A DNA stretch of 42,408 nucleotides from Octopus bimaculoides (GCF_001194135.2 NC_068984.1:100723386-100765793); one strand, 5' to 3'. Positions 1-12,988 are shown, counted from the stretch's first letter. Translations and numbers: made by a program. Notes: generated by a model not told the origin, from the sequence alone.

Positions 1-48
<48 letters not shown>

Positions 49-479
49 TAGGCAAAATTAATAATGTAAGAAAATGGATAGTTGAAGATGTATAGTTTAT
101 TTGTATCATAGTTTGTTGCTAAGATATAAATACAAATAAATTTTTTAAAACAATAGAAGACTCAAAAAAACCTACATATGTCTTGATTTTAAATTAAAGC
201 TTTGGTCAAATGCGCAAGAGGCAATTAATTGGTTTAACAAAATTGATAAGTAAGATAAATGCCAATTCTGAAAGTAGACATTAATGATTACTACTCATCT
301 ATTGACCCAGCGATTCCAAATAGTGCACTTATATTTGCAAGAAATAATACAAAAATGACTACGAAAGAAATAAAAGTTATATTAACAGCCAATTATAAAT
401 TTTGATAACAAATTACGGGTTATAAAAAACATGTTTTGATATAGCTACAGACACTACCCATTCCACCTAGGCGACTAAT

Positions 480-881
480 TTGACTGGAATATACATTTTA
501 CATAAGTTTAGTAGTGAATTTCCAGAAATAGGAGTGGGGTTATATAAGGATTATGCACAATTTATCATCAAAAATCTATCCAATAGAAAACTAGAGTTAT
601 ATAAGAAAAAATTGCATTATTTCTTCAAAAGATTTGGACTAAATATTTCAGTTGAAAGGGAGCATAATTTTGTAAATTTTTTGGATGTGAATTTTAACCT
701 AAATACAGATAAATATGCGCCTTACCATAAAACAGATTCTAAAATAACTTATATTAATATTAAAAGCAATCATCCAAAGTCAATTACTTATTTTGTAGTT
801 AAAAATATAGAAAAAGAATTAATTACCTCCCTTATAATGAGATTTTTGATGAAAATAAAGAATTATACAACATTGCATTAG
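480..881 (+). pseudogene. Penelope-type reverse transcriptase C-terminal fragment
   Basis: Provided ORF; degenerate catalytic motif GLYKDY (normally GLYRDD) followed by FLDV and Y....SNHP. Confidence 0.85.
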
Positions 882-1759
882 AAAAGGCAGTATATAAACA
901 GAATATCAAATACAATAGACACATTGTTAATAATACGAGTATAGACCATAGGGTAAGAAAATATAAGAATAATATGAAAATAATTGGATTAAGGGTAAAA
1001 TAAATAATATAAATAAAAAAGAAATAGATTATGGAATACACAGTAAAAAAATATAGTGAGTAAAAATAACCCAAATCGAAACAGAATAGTAAACATTAAT
1101 TAAACAGACTAAAATACTAATGCTTATGAATATAACGATAATACAAATGTAAACGTAGATATATAACACATTATGATATATGTAGTAAATATAAAAATGA
1201 TATAGCTATTGACCAGATTAATAACTTGGGATCTAATGATAATCATAATAAAAAACGGAAATTATAGTACTATAAAGAATGAAAATAGAAAATATACACC
1301 TTGTATAAAATCAACCAAAACAAAAACTTGGAATTACCATACTAATTATGAAATCAATGAAAATATTATTTGACTAATCCTACCGTTTGCTAAACAAATT
1401 AAAACTAACTTAATTAAACGTATACGTAGACTGTTATAAACAAGCACTTCGCTTGCAATAAGTATAGTGAAATTATTAATAATATTTTTCTAAGATATGG
1501 TTTTACAGTAATTAGAAACTTATTTTAGATATATATCTTCTATTAATAATGCAAAATCTGATAATTTTTACGAGAAATGGCACGCATTATATATCCGTCA
1601 CGAGTAAACTTGATAATTTTAGTTTAAACTATCAAGGGGAAATACCTGCAATAAATCGCCTATTATAGTTATATTATAGTTAATTTCAAAGATAATCTTA
1701 ATAAATTTAGCGATTGCAAGGTTAAAGAAAAATACATATTTAATAATTACTACAAACCT

Positions 1760-2046
1760 AAGAATCTGGTATACCAAGCTATCGTTGAAGCAGAAGGTAA
1801 GTATTACTACTATATTGGTTCGACTGAATGTTTTGCAAAAACCAGAATTTCGAACAATGAAAATTATTTTAGAAATAGAATTAAACGGAATAATACAAGC
1901 TTTAGCAATTTCTTTTGGAAATTAAAAGCTTGCAATATTAGTTTCAAAACTATGTGGAAAATATTAACCCTTGCATGATATTATCATCTCCCAGACAGAA
2001 TTTGTTCCTTATGTACAACAGAAAGCTATGATATTCTATTCTCTAT
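1760..2046 (+). pseudogene. GIY-YIG endonuclease remnant of the Penelope-like element
   Basis: KNLVYQAIVEAEGKYYYYIGSTECFAKTRISNNENYFRN..WKLK..WKILTLA*YYHLPDRICSLCTTESY. Confidence 0.82.
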
Positions 2047-2671
2047 AAAATAATTATTGACTGAGAGGACTGAGAAAGTTTCGGTCTGGCTCCATGCACT
2101 TAAATACCTATTTTCCAAATATCACAAATCAATTCCTAAATTATTATTATCATTATATAGTAGATTGGATACGTTATATATTAACCATAAAAATAATTTA
2201 TATTTTATAATAGTGGTAAATTATAGGCTGAATATATTGGTAAATGTCTGAATTACATATGTCCTCTAACAATTATTAAATATCCTCTTAAAATTATTCT
2301 AAAATAAAACTAGAAATATTAATATATATCTGATTAGGTTAATACATTGTTCTATTATAGATATTGCAATGTAATATATTCAATTATTAGAGATATTTGC
2401 ATATAAATACCTTAATATATAATATAAGATCTTTCTAGATATACACACACAAATATATACATTAACAATCATGCATTTATATTTATATTAATAAACTATT
2501 AGGTATTTTACCTTAATATACAACACTATAGCTTAAACAATACACGTGTGTGTATGTGTGTGTGTAAACATTACCATAAATAATCATTCATTTATTTCAA
2601 TTTACACGACTTTCTACCTTTGTATACATATATTCTAACTTAAACATATTACTATTTTTAAACATCTATAA

Positions 2672-2713
<42 letters not shown>

Positions 2714-3009
2714 AGTTTAACTTATTTTATTTTACTTAATTGTATCCCGTTGTATTACATAATAGATAAACTAATTATAGATAATCATAAGTAAATAGTA
2801 TAACTTTTAGCGGTTATATAAATAATTAAGTTTACATTAACTCCCAATAAGATATTTAAATGAACTAACAGGTCTATAAAATATTCCGTTGGTTTTTTCT
2901 TTAAGCATGAATCAATAACGTAATACTCATAGTACTTATCAGAAAGAACCGTAATACGCATTTTCTCGGTATATACATAAATAAATTGATAGATATGTAT
3001 TCTAAGATT

Positions 3010-3913
3010 TCTATATATTCTATTATCGACTACACATGTGGGAAATTCTCTCTGTGGGTGTGTTTGTGGAGTTGTTAGCTAACTCCTCCTACATCGTTTT
3101 ATCGATTTTGATGAAACTTGACACGTGACTAGAACTTATTTCTGGAAACCTCATGGGATACTCAGATTGTTGAAACAATCGATAATAGGCCTCTGGAAGG
3201 GATCCTTATATATATCTAATATATTTCATTTTAACATCCAAGGGAAATAACCCATTCGCCCAGATTTTAACAGCCAAGGGAAATAACCCATTCATTTTCC
3301 TAAATCATTTGGTATAATTCAAATTTAGTATGCTTATTTCTTAGTATTTGAATTGTTAGAGTTATTTTCACAATTTACCCAGTACAACCCATAAACAAGT
3401 AAATAGTATTTTCCTTATTTCGATTAGTGACTTATTCACAAATATACCAACACAAGCGCCACTGAGGGTAATATTCTCTGAGAACGCACAAAAGCCCGTT
3501 TCAGAGTTATTTACTTTGAATTGTTATTATCACATATCTGATTAGCCTGTTATTACGTATCATGCTTCACGATTTTAGCATACATACCTTATTAGTATTT
3601 CCTCCTAAGTTCTATATACTCTAGGAACGCATTAAAGCCTTTTTCGGGGATACTTTATTTGAATTCTTACTATCGGGTAACTAATTTCATGTTATTACAT
3701 AACTGATATCACAATTTGAGTATTCATAACTTATTGGGAATTCCTAAAAACAAGATCCTGTGTAGGACAGTTTGGTGCTCTCTGTAAATGCACAAAAACC
3801 GTTTTAAGGGCTACATACTTTGTATTGTTGTTATTGGATTAGCGAAACAATTATGAGAACGGAACCAAGGAATAAGCCCCGCTTTTCCTGGAGTCACTAG
3901 GTACATCAGCTAG
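3010..3913 (+). mobile_element. Probable non-autonomous Helitron-like element
   Basis: 5' TCTATATA start, then ..CGATTTTGATGAAACTTG.. typical of non-autonomous Helitron-type elements; 3' end GGTACATCAGCTAG|T; internal diverged ~150-bp repeats. Confidence 0.5.
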
Positions 3914-5282
3914 TAATATGAAATACAGATTATTATCTTATCTTAAGTCTAATTTATACTATTTATCCCCTTTTACTTTATTTTATTTTTATTTCATTTT
4001 ATTTTCGTTTTTACTCATTTTTAGAACAAATAATGAATTATATACAACTGTATATATACTTAGTATAAATATAAATATATAGGAAAATATATAAGCTTTC
4101 TGTATACATGTGTATATAGGACTATGTGTATATATATTAACTTGAATAATACATTTATTAACGGATAGAATATTCAAGTTTGAGTAGATACTAACACATA
4201 TATAAACGATTAAATTTGATTAAATATGATTCGATGAACACGTATACGTGAATATTTACTAGTATCAACTAACAAGCCAATGGAAATTATACAGTTATCA
4301 CGGTTTATTTATTATTTATTATTTATTGTGTATTTTCCTAATTTATTTATTTATTTTACTTTATTTTATCACATAATTATTTTCCCTTAAAGATATAACA
4401 ATATTTTATTATTCATATTATTCATATATATATCTTTAAAAATAAGTTTATTTCATTCTAATTTACTTTATATTTATTTTTACATACTTGATTCATAACC
4501 TTAGCAAATACATACAATATATATGAAATAACATGTTAAACTTCTTTACTAATGAATTTGAATGCCTTGAAGAAAGATGTCACCTTCGTTATTATTAAAA
4601 CAAAAACCCTGAAGAGATTCTATCCCTTACAGCTTAAATTCTTCACATTGGATATAACCCAAATGCTTTGAATTATGCATTACCAAGGGGCCAGAATCAA
4701 AACATATGTAAGTTTTTTTAGTCTTCTTTTGTGTTTTTTTAAAAATTTATTTGTATTTATATTTAACAACAAACTATGATGCAAATAAATAAACTAAACA
4801 TTCCCATCTCTATATTTTCTTACATAATTTATTTCACCTATTATGATAATCCATAACGCATCGTGGAAATTTTCTTCTAATGTGATGGAGATTAAACCAG
4901 TGAAATTTTGGATTTATTAATCCCCAATGCTGGGTTATTGGCCTTGAGTGATCCTCTCATGTAGGCGCTTGGTGCATAAAAGTACACACATAGATCGTAG
5001 CAGATGAGAACTGTCATGGAGGCCGGAACTCACGTACCACGTGATTTCATTCTACTGACCTCAGATACCATTAACGGAATTCTCATGTAAATGTCAAAGT
5101 CACGGTTTTTAGTGTGGGAATCACTTATCTTTCTTGCCCTGTTCCTCCTTACAGTAATTAACCCATTATAGACAAAGCCATTACTTCCTTGTTTACTTAC
5201 GGTAATGTAGTTTGATATGGTTATAATGGTAATAATAAAGGTTGATATTGTTATAATATATATCGAAATCAATCACATAGAA

Positions 5283-6129
5283 CAGAGATTCCCAAAGTAG
5301 GGCATACGTCCCTACCTGTGGGGTCTAGAAAAATTGTGGCGGAGCCTAAGGAAATTGGGGTGGGGCGTGAAATCCAAAATTTTTTCTTTTCTTTTAGTGG
5401 GACATAGAATTCTGAAAATCTTTTTTTCGTATCAAATATACTATAACGATACTTAGCCTAACAAAACCATTTCCTCCAACTAATCATACTGTGTGAAGAC
5501 TTGTTTGCTACAGAATAACGCTATTCTTATGCGCTAGTATAGATATTCCTTTAAGGAAAGTATATAATTTTTTTATTCTTTTATTTGTTTTAGTCATTTG
5601 ACTGCAGCCATGCTGGAGCACCGCCTTAAAGAGTTTTTAGTTGAAGATATCGAACCCAAGACTTATTCTTTCTAAGCCTAGTACTTATTCTATTGGTCAC
5701 TTTGCCGAACCGCTAATTTACGGGGACGTAAGCACACCAACATCGGTTGTCAAGCGATAGTGGGGGGTACAAAAAGACACAAATACACACACAAAAAATG
5801 TACAGATATATATNNNNNNNNNNNNNNNNNNNNNNNNNNNNNNNNNNNNNNNNNNNNNNNNNNNNNNNNNNNNNNNNNNNNNNNNNNNNNNNNNNATATA
5901 TACGACAGGCTTCTTTCAGTTTCCGTCTACAAAATCCGATCACAAAGCTTTGGTCGGCCCGAGGCTATAGTAGAAGACACTTACCCAAAGTGCCACGCAT
6001 TGGGACTGAACCCGGAACCATATAGTTGGGAAGCAACCTTCTTACCACACAGCCACACCTGTGGGGTATATATTTTTCGGGAAAGTTATAGTGGGGTCTG
6101 GGGGTGGGAAAATTGGTTAAGAAATACTG
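5283..6129. mobile_element. Non-autonomous hAT (Charlie-like) element with nested SINE
   Basis: Perfect 8-bp TSD ACATAGAA at 5275-5282 and 6130-6137; hAT-like ends CAGAGATTCCCAAAG... and ...GGTTAAGAAATACTG. Confidence 0.75.
5570..6061 (-). mobile_element. Full-length tRNA-derived SINE, family A (CORE-like domain, central microsatellite, A-rich tail)
   Basis: Minus strand: A-box TGGCTGTGTGGTAAG, B-box GGGTTCAGTCCC, then GCACTTTGGGTAAGTGTCTT, (TA)n/gap, and a 3' body ending in AAATAAAAGAATAAAAA; homologous copies elsewhere in the window. Confidence 0.85.
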
Positions 6130-6409
6130 ACATAGAATCTTCCTCGCCGATTCATACTCGATGCTGTTGCTGTTGCAGCCGTTTACTTTCCAGGTCAGTT
6201 TTGATCGAACAAACCTATGATGAAAGGCTTTCCAGCCGTGACTATTCGGTCTAGGCCCAATTCACGTGAGATCACATAAGCAACTGTGCTCTTCTTTCAT
6301 CAGACGATAGCTTTTTACTGTTATTACTAGAAAGACCAGCTAGAAGCAACCCGATTGCATAGATCCGTGTTTGTTAGAGTTTGTACTGCTGCCACTCCTG
6401 CAATTGTTG

Positions 6410-6440
<31 letters not shown>

Positions 6441-6797
6441 TGTTGTTGTTCATAATGATCATGGTGTTAATGTTTTGTCGTGTTCGTTGAATTTTTATTG
6501 TTGTCATACTTCTCCGAAAGAAGGAAGGTATTTCCTTGCCTCTCATTATAATAGATTCCTCTCACCACTACTCTTGCCGCCATTCGTTACAATATATGTT
6601 GGTTATTTCAGCAGACGACATATTAAGAACAAGTGGGTTATTGAGAAGAAAAAAAAGAGTTGTTCAATAAATAGCAGCGTTCATTCACTGGACATATTTA
6701 CACAATAACAAAGACAAGTAGTTATTTATATAACACGGAAATAATTATTGCGACCACATGAGGACATTGATCCTCTCCCCCTCTCTGTGTACATACG

Positions 6798-6894
6798 TAT
6801 GTATGTATGTATGTATGTATGTATGTATGTATGTATGTATGCATGTATGCCTATGTACATGTGTGAAAGTATGTTTAAGTGTATGACGATATGA

Positions 6895-6944
<50 letters not shown>

Positions 6945-7008
6945 ATGCATATATGTATGTTTGTATGTATGTAAATGTGTGTGCGCGCGCTTGTGTGAGT
7001 ATGTGTGT

Positions 7009-7050
<42 letters not shown>
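6798..7050. repeat. Compound (GTAT)n/(TA)n/(GT)n microsatellites
   Basis: Directly visible. Confidence 0.95.
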
Positions 7051-7055
<5 letters not shown>

Positions 7056-7329
7056 ATTCTTTTACAAAGTAATCATGATGTCGAAGTTTTACCAAATATG
7101 TTTGAATCACCATATTTGGTGAAACTTCGAAATCACAGCCACCTATTAATGTATAAATACGGGTGTATCAAATGCAATATCGCAGAAATTTTTAATCTAT
7201 TTATATCATCTCTGTCAAAAGTATAGAATGACAATTAAGACCAGCCCCATATAAGAAAATAGTTAAAAATTTTCCAAAGTTGACATACTGTTAAAGAAAA
7301 GTACTGCCTTATTGCCTGGAGATGAGAGT

Positions 7330-7900
7330 CGTGGACACGTGTTTCTGTCTCGATAGGCGTCATCAGCATAACTGTTGTGCAACCTTATCCTCAGATATAC
7401 ATACCAATGTAGTTATGGTCATATATGTAGATATATTGTGTTTCTATTTGGGCCTAAAATTAAAAATAGGGCTTTTATTGTATAGTCAGCTGCTGTCGTC
7501 ATTAGTGACTTCTTCTAAGAGTTCAGTCTGGGTTAAGATATTATTAAAGCTGTTTCGGAAATGTCTGGATGTCGAAGTACGGGCTCTCTTTCTGAACCTC
7601 AAAGGTAAAACGGTGGCCTTTGTGAACTGCAGCAAAGGCAGAATCTGCAAATTTCTATCCGTTTATTTTGCGACTTGTGTAGAGTGGCCAGACCATTTCA
7701 AGAGTGGTGCTAGTGGGAGACTGGAATGGCATCTTAAACGCACGCAGTGATCGTGTGGGATTATCCAATAAGAAAAGAGGTGCAAAATCATTATAGAGTT
7801 GCTTAAGGAGTCCCTACTGCTAAGCAAGTTATCCTTAAATCGAAACCAGTTCTGAATGCTTTTAACACACATTCTACCAAAGATGTAAGTAAATATGTTT
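7330..7900 (+). mobile_element. Degenerate L1/Tx1-like LINE AP-endonuclease fragment
   Basis: LVGDWNGILNARSDRVG (~7710-7760; APE GD(W/F)N motif), preceded by DVEVRALFLNLKGKTV; frameshifted. Confidence 0.6.
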
Positions 7901-8423
7901 AATCAGATGACAGAATAAATCTACAGCTCAAAAGTGGGAACGATATTTCCGACAAGCTTTCTCCCTGTGTATGAGTACAAAATTTCACTCACAATATATT
8001 GGTCAACCCTGGCCCTGGCCGGAAGAAGACACTAGCCTAAGGTCAGTAGGAACACACGTGATACTGTAATTGCGAAACGCACTTCACAAACACACAAAGC
8101 TAAGCTTGTGTCCAGAAACGAGTCAAGTTCTATGAACGACACTCTGCGTGGGTTTCTAGAACGAAATCAAATGAGCCTGTCTCGTTAGGATCACTCAATA
8201 TATCAGAGTAATCTCGAATCAGATCTTGTCACAGTTTATCCCTTCGAGCTATAATGCCATTTATATATGTTGCCTACGAGATAGAGTGTGGTGTCTCTGT
8301 ATTACAAAAGGAAGGTAGGGGTAGTCACAAACATACTCACACATACACTTTCACATCCATTCAGAACGGAGGCACGTTCAAGATACATACAAAAGCATAC
8401 CACAAACACGCGCGTGTGCGTGG

Positions 8424-8492
<69 letters not shown>
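8424..8492. repeat. (CA)n microsatellite
   Basis: Directly visible. Confidence 0.97.
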
Positions 8493-8496
<4 letters not shown>

Positions 8497-9164
8497 AATA
8501 TACATGCATCCAAATACACTATTGCATTGACAGACACTCACATCTATAGGAAAATAAATACATAAGAATATATACATAAACGCACACATGCATACATACA
8601 CTTGCACTAGAGTGAAACCAATACACATACGTCCTCTACAATCACACCTGCATTATACTGCTATTAGATACACATCTTATAATCGTATATACACATGATA
8701 TACATCAGCACATTATACATCCAAATCTGCCTTCAAATCATAATTTATTGTCTTAAAGAAACGACGAAATATGGGGTACTGTGGTTCTATATGCACTGTC
8801 TTTAAACAGACAGGACGGACACCTATGTAACTCCTTTCAGAATAAATTTACTTTGTCAAGGTGGAGTCCAGAGAACTTTCTGTACTTTGTTACATTGGTG
8901 ACGCATAGTAATTTTTGATAAATTGGTGACTTTCCCACGCTGGAATATTTCTTTTGGAAATATCCCCTAAAATAGATTTTTATCTAAAAACTATGCTACA
9001 GAAAGTATGTTTTTCACATATATTGACTACATTCCATTTCGCTTGAACTGCGTGTGTGTACGTTTTACTGTTTTCGATATTATCAATTCTACGAGCGTTT
9101 ATGTGTCTGTGAGTGTGTGTGTGTTTCCGCGTTCCTTACATCTATAGTAAATATAGCAAAGGAC

Positions 9165-10850
9165 ATTTTACGTCATTTTAATGAGCCCACATCTAATGAA
9201 GTAGCCATCCTTATGGTTGGTGATTCCCTTGAAAATTGTGCTCGAGATAACAACCTTAAACGTGTTTCAGATTCTCATCCCTCTTATGATGCTCTCCAAT
9301 ATCCTCTTATTTTGTGGAATGGACAAGATGGGTATCATTTCAATATTCCATGGGTTGAATCTGCAACAGGAGAGCCAATTACAAACAGAAAGGTGTCATC
9401 AAGTGATTTCTATTCTTTCCAACTGATGTTAAGATCAGAACAATCAAATCAATTACACATGTATCGTGATCTATTTCAACAATTCTTGGTTGATACGTAT
9501 GCTAAAGTTGAGAGTCAGCGTCTCCTCTACATTCGTAACAATCAAAAACGTTAAGGACTAAAAATTATGTCCATCTCCAAGATGCTCTGAGGACAGATGA
9601 TGATATTCAAAACATGAGGCAGCTTATAATCTTTCCATCATCATTCACAGGTGGTCCTTGATATATGCACGAATGGACACAAGATGCTATGACATATGTC
9701 AGGATGTATGGAAAACCAGATCTTTTTGTCACTTTCACCTGCAATCCTAAATGGGAGGAAATAAAATTCTAACATTCTTCTAGTGTTTCATCTTCTGTTA
9801 CTGCAGCTACCCTTCTCAACGGGAGAAGAACTGCTCATTCTCTGTTCAAGCTTCCTCTAAACCTTGCAATGAAAGAATCTCAGATGTGCAACATTTCCAA
9901 AAACTCTGCAATGGCAAAAGTTCTCCAACAAACTTGCCTCGTTGTTTGGGATTAGTGCACTATCAAATTGTGGAGCTCCAGAGGTACTTGATCGTACCCT
10001 CCAAGACATAAAAAAAAACAATAGCACGCTCATAGGAGGAGTAACAGTTCTTCTTGCAGGAGATTTTGGTCGAACGTTGTCAGTTATACCCAAAGGATCA
10101 AAAGCTGATGAGGTCAATGCATGCTTCAAAAAATTGTACTGGTAAGGGGATATTAACATTCAACCCAAGACTTCAGCTACATGAAATTACATGCGGTCAA
10201 CTGATACTTTCTCTTAGGGATTTTATGGCTAAAGTATTTCCTAATTTATCTGTCAATTACACTGATGTAAACTATGTGAAAGAGCTATACTAGCTCCAAC
10301 TTATGAAATGGTTGATAAGCTCTATCATGAACTTCAAAAGTTAAAAGATACATGAGAAATAACTTTTCAATCAATTGACAACAGTCGACCAAGATCAGGT
10401 TGTTCAATACCTTGTTGAATTTCCAGCTTAAACCAACTGGGATGCCACCGCATAACTTGACCCTAAAACTGGGTGCTCCCATTACGTTGCTTAGGAATCT
10501 TGACCCATCTCACTCGTGTAATGGAATTTGCTTAACTGTTACTTCCATGAAGCCTCATGTCCTACAGGCAACAATCATAACAGGTAGCCACAAAGGAAAA
10601 ATGTCTTCATTCCAAAAATTCCTCTCATACCTATTAGATATTCCATTTGAATTTAAGACGCTTCAGCTTCCAGTCAAACTAAGTTTTGGTATTTCAATTA
10701 AGAAATCTCAGGGTTAATCAATCCCTCAAGGTAGTTGCACTTGATTTCTCTACTACATGCTTTTCCCATGCCCAACTCTACGTTGCTTGGTCACGAGTTG
10801 GACGCTGCAACAATTTATTAATTTCGACACCAATTAAAAAAATTATACAA
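9165..10850 (+). mobile_element. Internally deleted Helitron RepHel pseudogene
   Basis: Rep part: FNEPTSNEVA, YDALQYPL, LFQQFLVDTYAKVESQRL, PSSFTGG, KPDLFVTFTCNPKWEEI. PIF1 helicase part: AATLLNGRRTAHSLFKLPL, GGVTVLLAGDF, GMPPHNLTLKLGAPITLLRNL, QLPVKLSFGISIKKSQG, FSHAQLYVAWSRV. Confidence 0.93.
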
Positions 10851-10989
10851 TGAATATTGCTTATATTGGAGTGCTTCAAGATTGACAGATTTTCAGTTCT
10901 AAATTCCATTATCATTACGATTTGGGTATTTTGTATCTCTTATTCCTGCTTTCAAAGCTTGCTAATTAGTATAGCAACATCTATCTATA

Positions 10990-11428
10990 TTTCACACAAT
11001 GGTCGTTCTGAGCTGATCGATTGTGTTGGAACCATAAACTTTGAAAAAATACATCGAAATACTTAAGCAAGGACTACTTCCGATGTATTCACACGATAAC
11101 ATAACGAAAAATGAGTTTTTATTCATGGAAGATGGGGTTCCATGTCACACAGCGAAAAGGAATCAACAATGGCCGACTGAAAATGGGATCAAAAAGCTTC
11201 CTTGGTCGAGCCAATCTTCTGACATGAACCCAATTGAAAATCTTTGGAGCATCCTAGATAGAGCTATATGAAAAACTCGACAGAAACCTAAATCTAAAGA
11301 TGAATTGCTTCGATTGTTGCGTGAAAATTGGACAGAAATTTCACAAGAGACACTCACAAAGCTCATCAGTTCAATGCCAAAGAGTTTCTGAATTAAAAAC
11401 TGCAAAGGGAATGTCAACTAAATACTAA
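10990..11428 (+). mobile_element. Tc1/mariner transposase C-terminal (DDE) fragment
   Basis: ISHNGRSELIDCVGTINFEKYIEIL..FMEDGVPCHTAK..WSSQSSDMNPIENLWSILDR..LISSMP..KGMSTKY*. Confidence 0.9.
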
Positions 11429-11481
11429 AGTATGTAGTCCTACCTATCGATTACATTTCGATTGTTCGCTTNNNNNNNNNN

Positions 11482-11586
11482 TGTGTGTGTGTATTTGTCC
11501 CCAACATCGCTTAACCGATGCTGGTGTGTTTACGTACCCGTAACTTAGTGGTTCGGCAAAAGAGACCGATAGAATAAGTACTAGGC
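11482..11586 (+). mobile_element. SINE family A, 3' body fragment (truncated)
   Basis: Matches the reverse complement of 5670-5790 (CGCTTAACCGATGCTGGTGTGTTTACG..GAATAAGTACTAGGCT). Confidence 0.85.
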
Positions 11587-12787
11587 TAACAAAGGTGAGA
11601 AGCCCTCGTAGTCCTGGACACACTCTGACCACACCTTTTTCAAGCATGCGATGAGGGTTTCTGTTTTCATGTTTTTAAGAGCAGCGTGGATGACCGACAG
11701 GCACGTTGCGATAGTGAGGTTACGCCAGTATTCTTTTAACTTGAAATTCTCATCCGAATCCATTGCGTCCACAAAGTGTTGGAGAGAGTTTCGAGTGTAA
11801 AGAGCTTTGAAGGCATGGATCACGCCTTGAACCATAGGCTGAAACAGGGAGGTGCTGTTGGCAGGGAGGATCTCGACTAGCACTCCCTCGTGATTCAAAT
11901 CCAAGGAGTAACCACCAGCATTATCCATAACAAGTAATGCCTTGAATTCCATGCAAACATTTTGGAGGTATTCCTTGGCTTGAGGGATGAAGCATTGGTG
12001 GAACCAATTCAAAGTTAGACTTTTGGTAATCCAGGCCTTGGAGCTGCGCATCCAGTGGACGGGAAGCAGGTTTTTGTTATTTTTTAAGGCCCTCGGATTC
12101 GTGGACTTGTAGATAAGTCCTGGTTTCATCATGAAACCAGCGTCACTCTGTCCTTCTGTGCCTTAAATGCTGGGGTTCTGGCTTTGTCCTCCATGATGTG
12201 CATTCTGGAAGGCATGTTCTTCCAGAACAAGCCAGTTTCATCCATACTGAAAACCGGTTCCGGCTTGAATCCCTTTGTCCTCGATAATCTACCTGAAGGT
12301 CATGAGGCACTTCTCGGCGGTTTTTTTGTTGGCTGATGCTGTCTCTCCATGCAGGGAAACACACTTTATTTTTAGCCTTTTATGGAAACGGTCAAACTAT
12401 CTCTTGCTGGTTTGAAAATCTTCGGGTTCCGGTGCTGTGAATAGTCTTGGTTGCAGTCCTTCGGTACCTTCTGCTCCATCTTCTCTGTCAAACTGCCGGT
12501 ATAATTTCCGCGCTTTCTCGCAGATGATGTTACCGCTCAAGGGGATGTTTTTCTTCTTGCTGTCACTGATCCACAATGCCAAGGCAGATTCCATCCTAAC
12601 GAAATGCTTATTTCTCACTATCATTATTTTTTTAGCACTTTCACAGGAACTTACTGCTACGGTAGTCCTGCTCACCATCTCGGTCTCCTTTATGTAGTGT
12701 ACGGTGCTTTCGTTGACAACATAATAGTAACCTACTGCAGCATAATTTTTACCTTCCCGGAATATATCCAGGGCGTTTGGGCGGCAT
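11587..12787 (-). mobile_element. Tigger/pogo-like transposase pseudogene (psq HTH, CENP-B HTH, DDE_1), 3' truncated
   Basis: MPPKRP..YAAVGYYYVVNESTV; MESALALWISD..IICEKARKLY; MDETGLFWK; KAWIT..WFHQCFIPQ; LLVMDNAGG; LPANSTSLFQPMVQGVIHAFKALY. Confidence 0.93.
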
Positions 12788-12987
12788 CTTAGGGCTTTAA
12801 TAACACTCTACGAAAAACACAGCAAAATACTGGAGATAGCTACTGGACACAGTTTCTCCAACAAAAAGCCTACAAAAGAAAACTTCATTGCGTCTAATAT
12901 GCGCATACTACCAATGTGAGATTGAGCAGAGTTTTAAAATAATCATGGTTTTGAAAAATTTAGTTTGTATTATCACTAGACAGCAAT

Positions 12988-12988
12988 C

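Larger units (their letters stand above)
160..2130 (+). mobile_element. Decayed Penelope-like retroelement (RT + linker + GIY-YIG endonuclease), many stops and frameshifts
   Basis: Manual translation: KLKLWSNAQEAINWFNKID..VDINDYYSSI (~190-305); ORF 480-881 GLYKDY..VNFLDVNFNLNTDKYAPYHK..YINIKSNHP (PLE RT C-terminus and thumb); NII*LILPFAKQIKTNL (~1362, equivalent to PLE RNIIWFNPP); KNLVYQAIVEAEGKYYYYIGSTE..W..C.LC..E (1760-2040, GIY-YIG); LLTERTEKVSVWLH..KYLFSKY (to ~2125). Confidence 0.88.

Noticed and set aside
5030-5272. 80-aa minus-strand ORF
   Set aside because: No recognisable motif, low-complexity start and no consistent splice boundaries
8254-8628. His/Thr- and Cys/Val-repeat ORFs (also 20478-20840, 27709-28866, 42004-42310)
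   Set aside because: Translations of (CA)n, (CATA)n and (CTAT)n microsatellites
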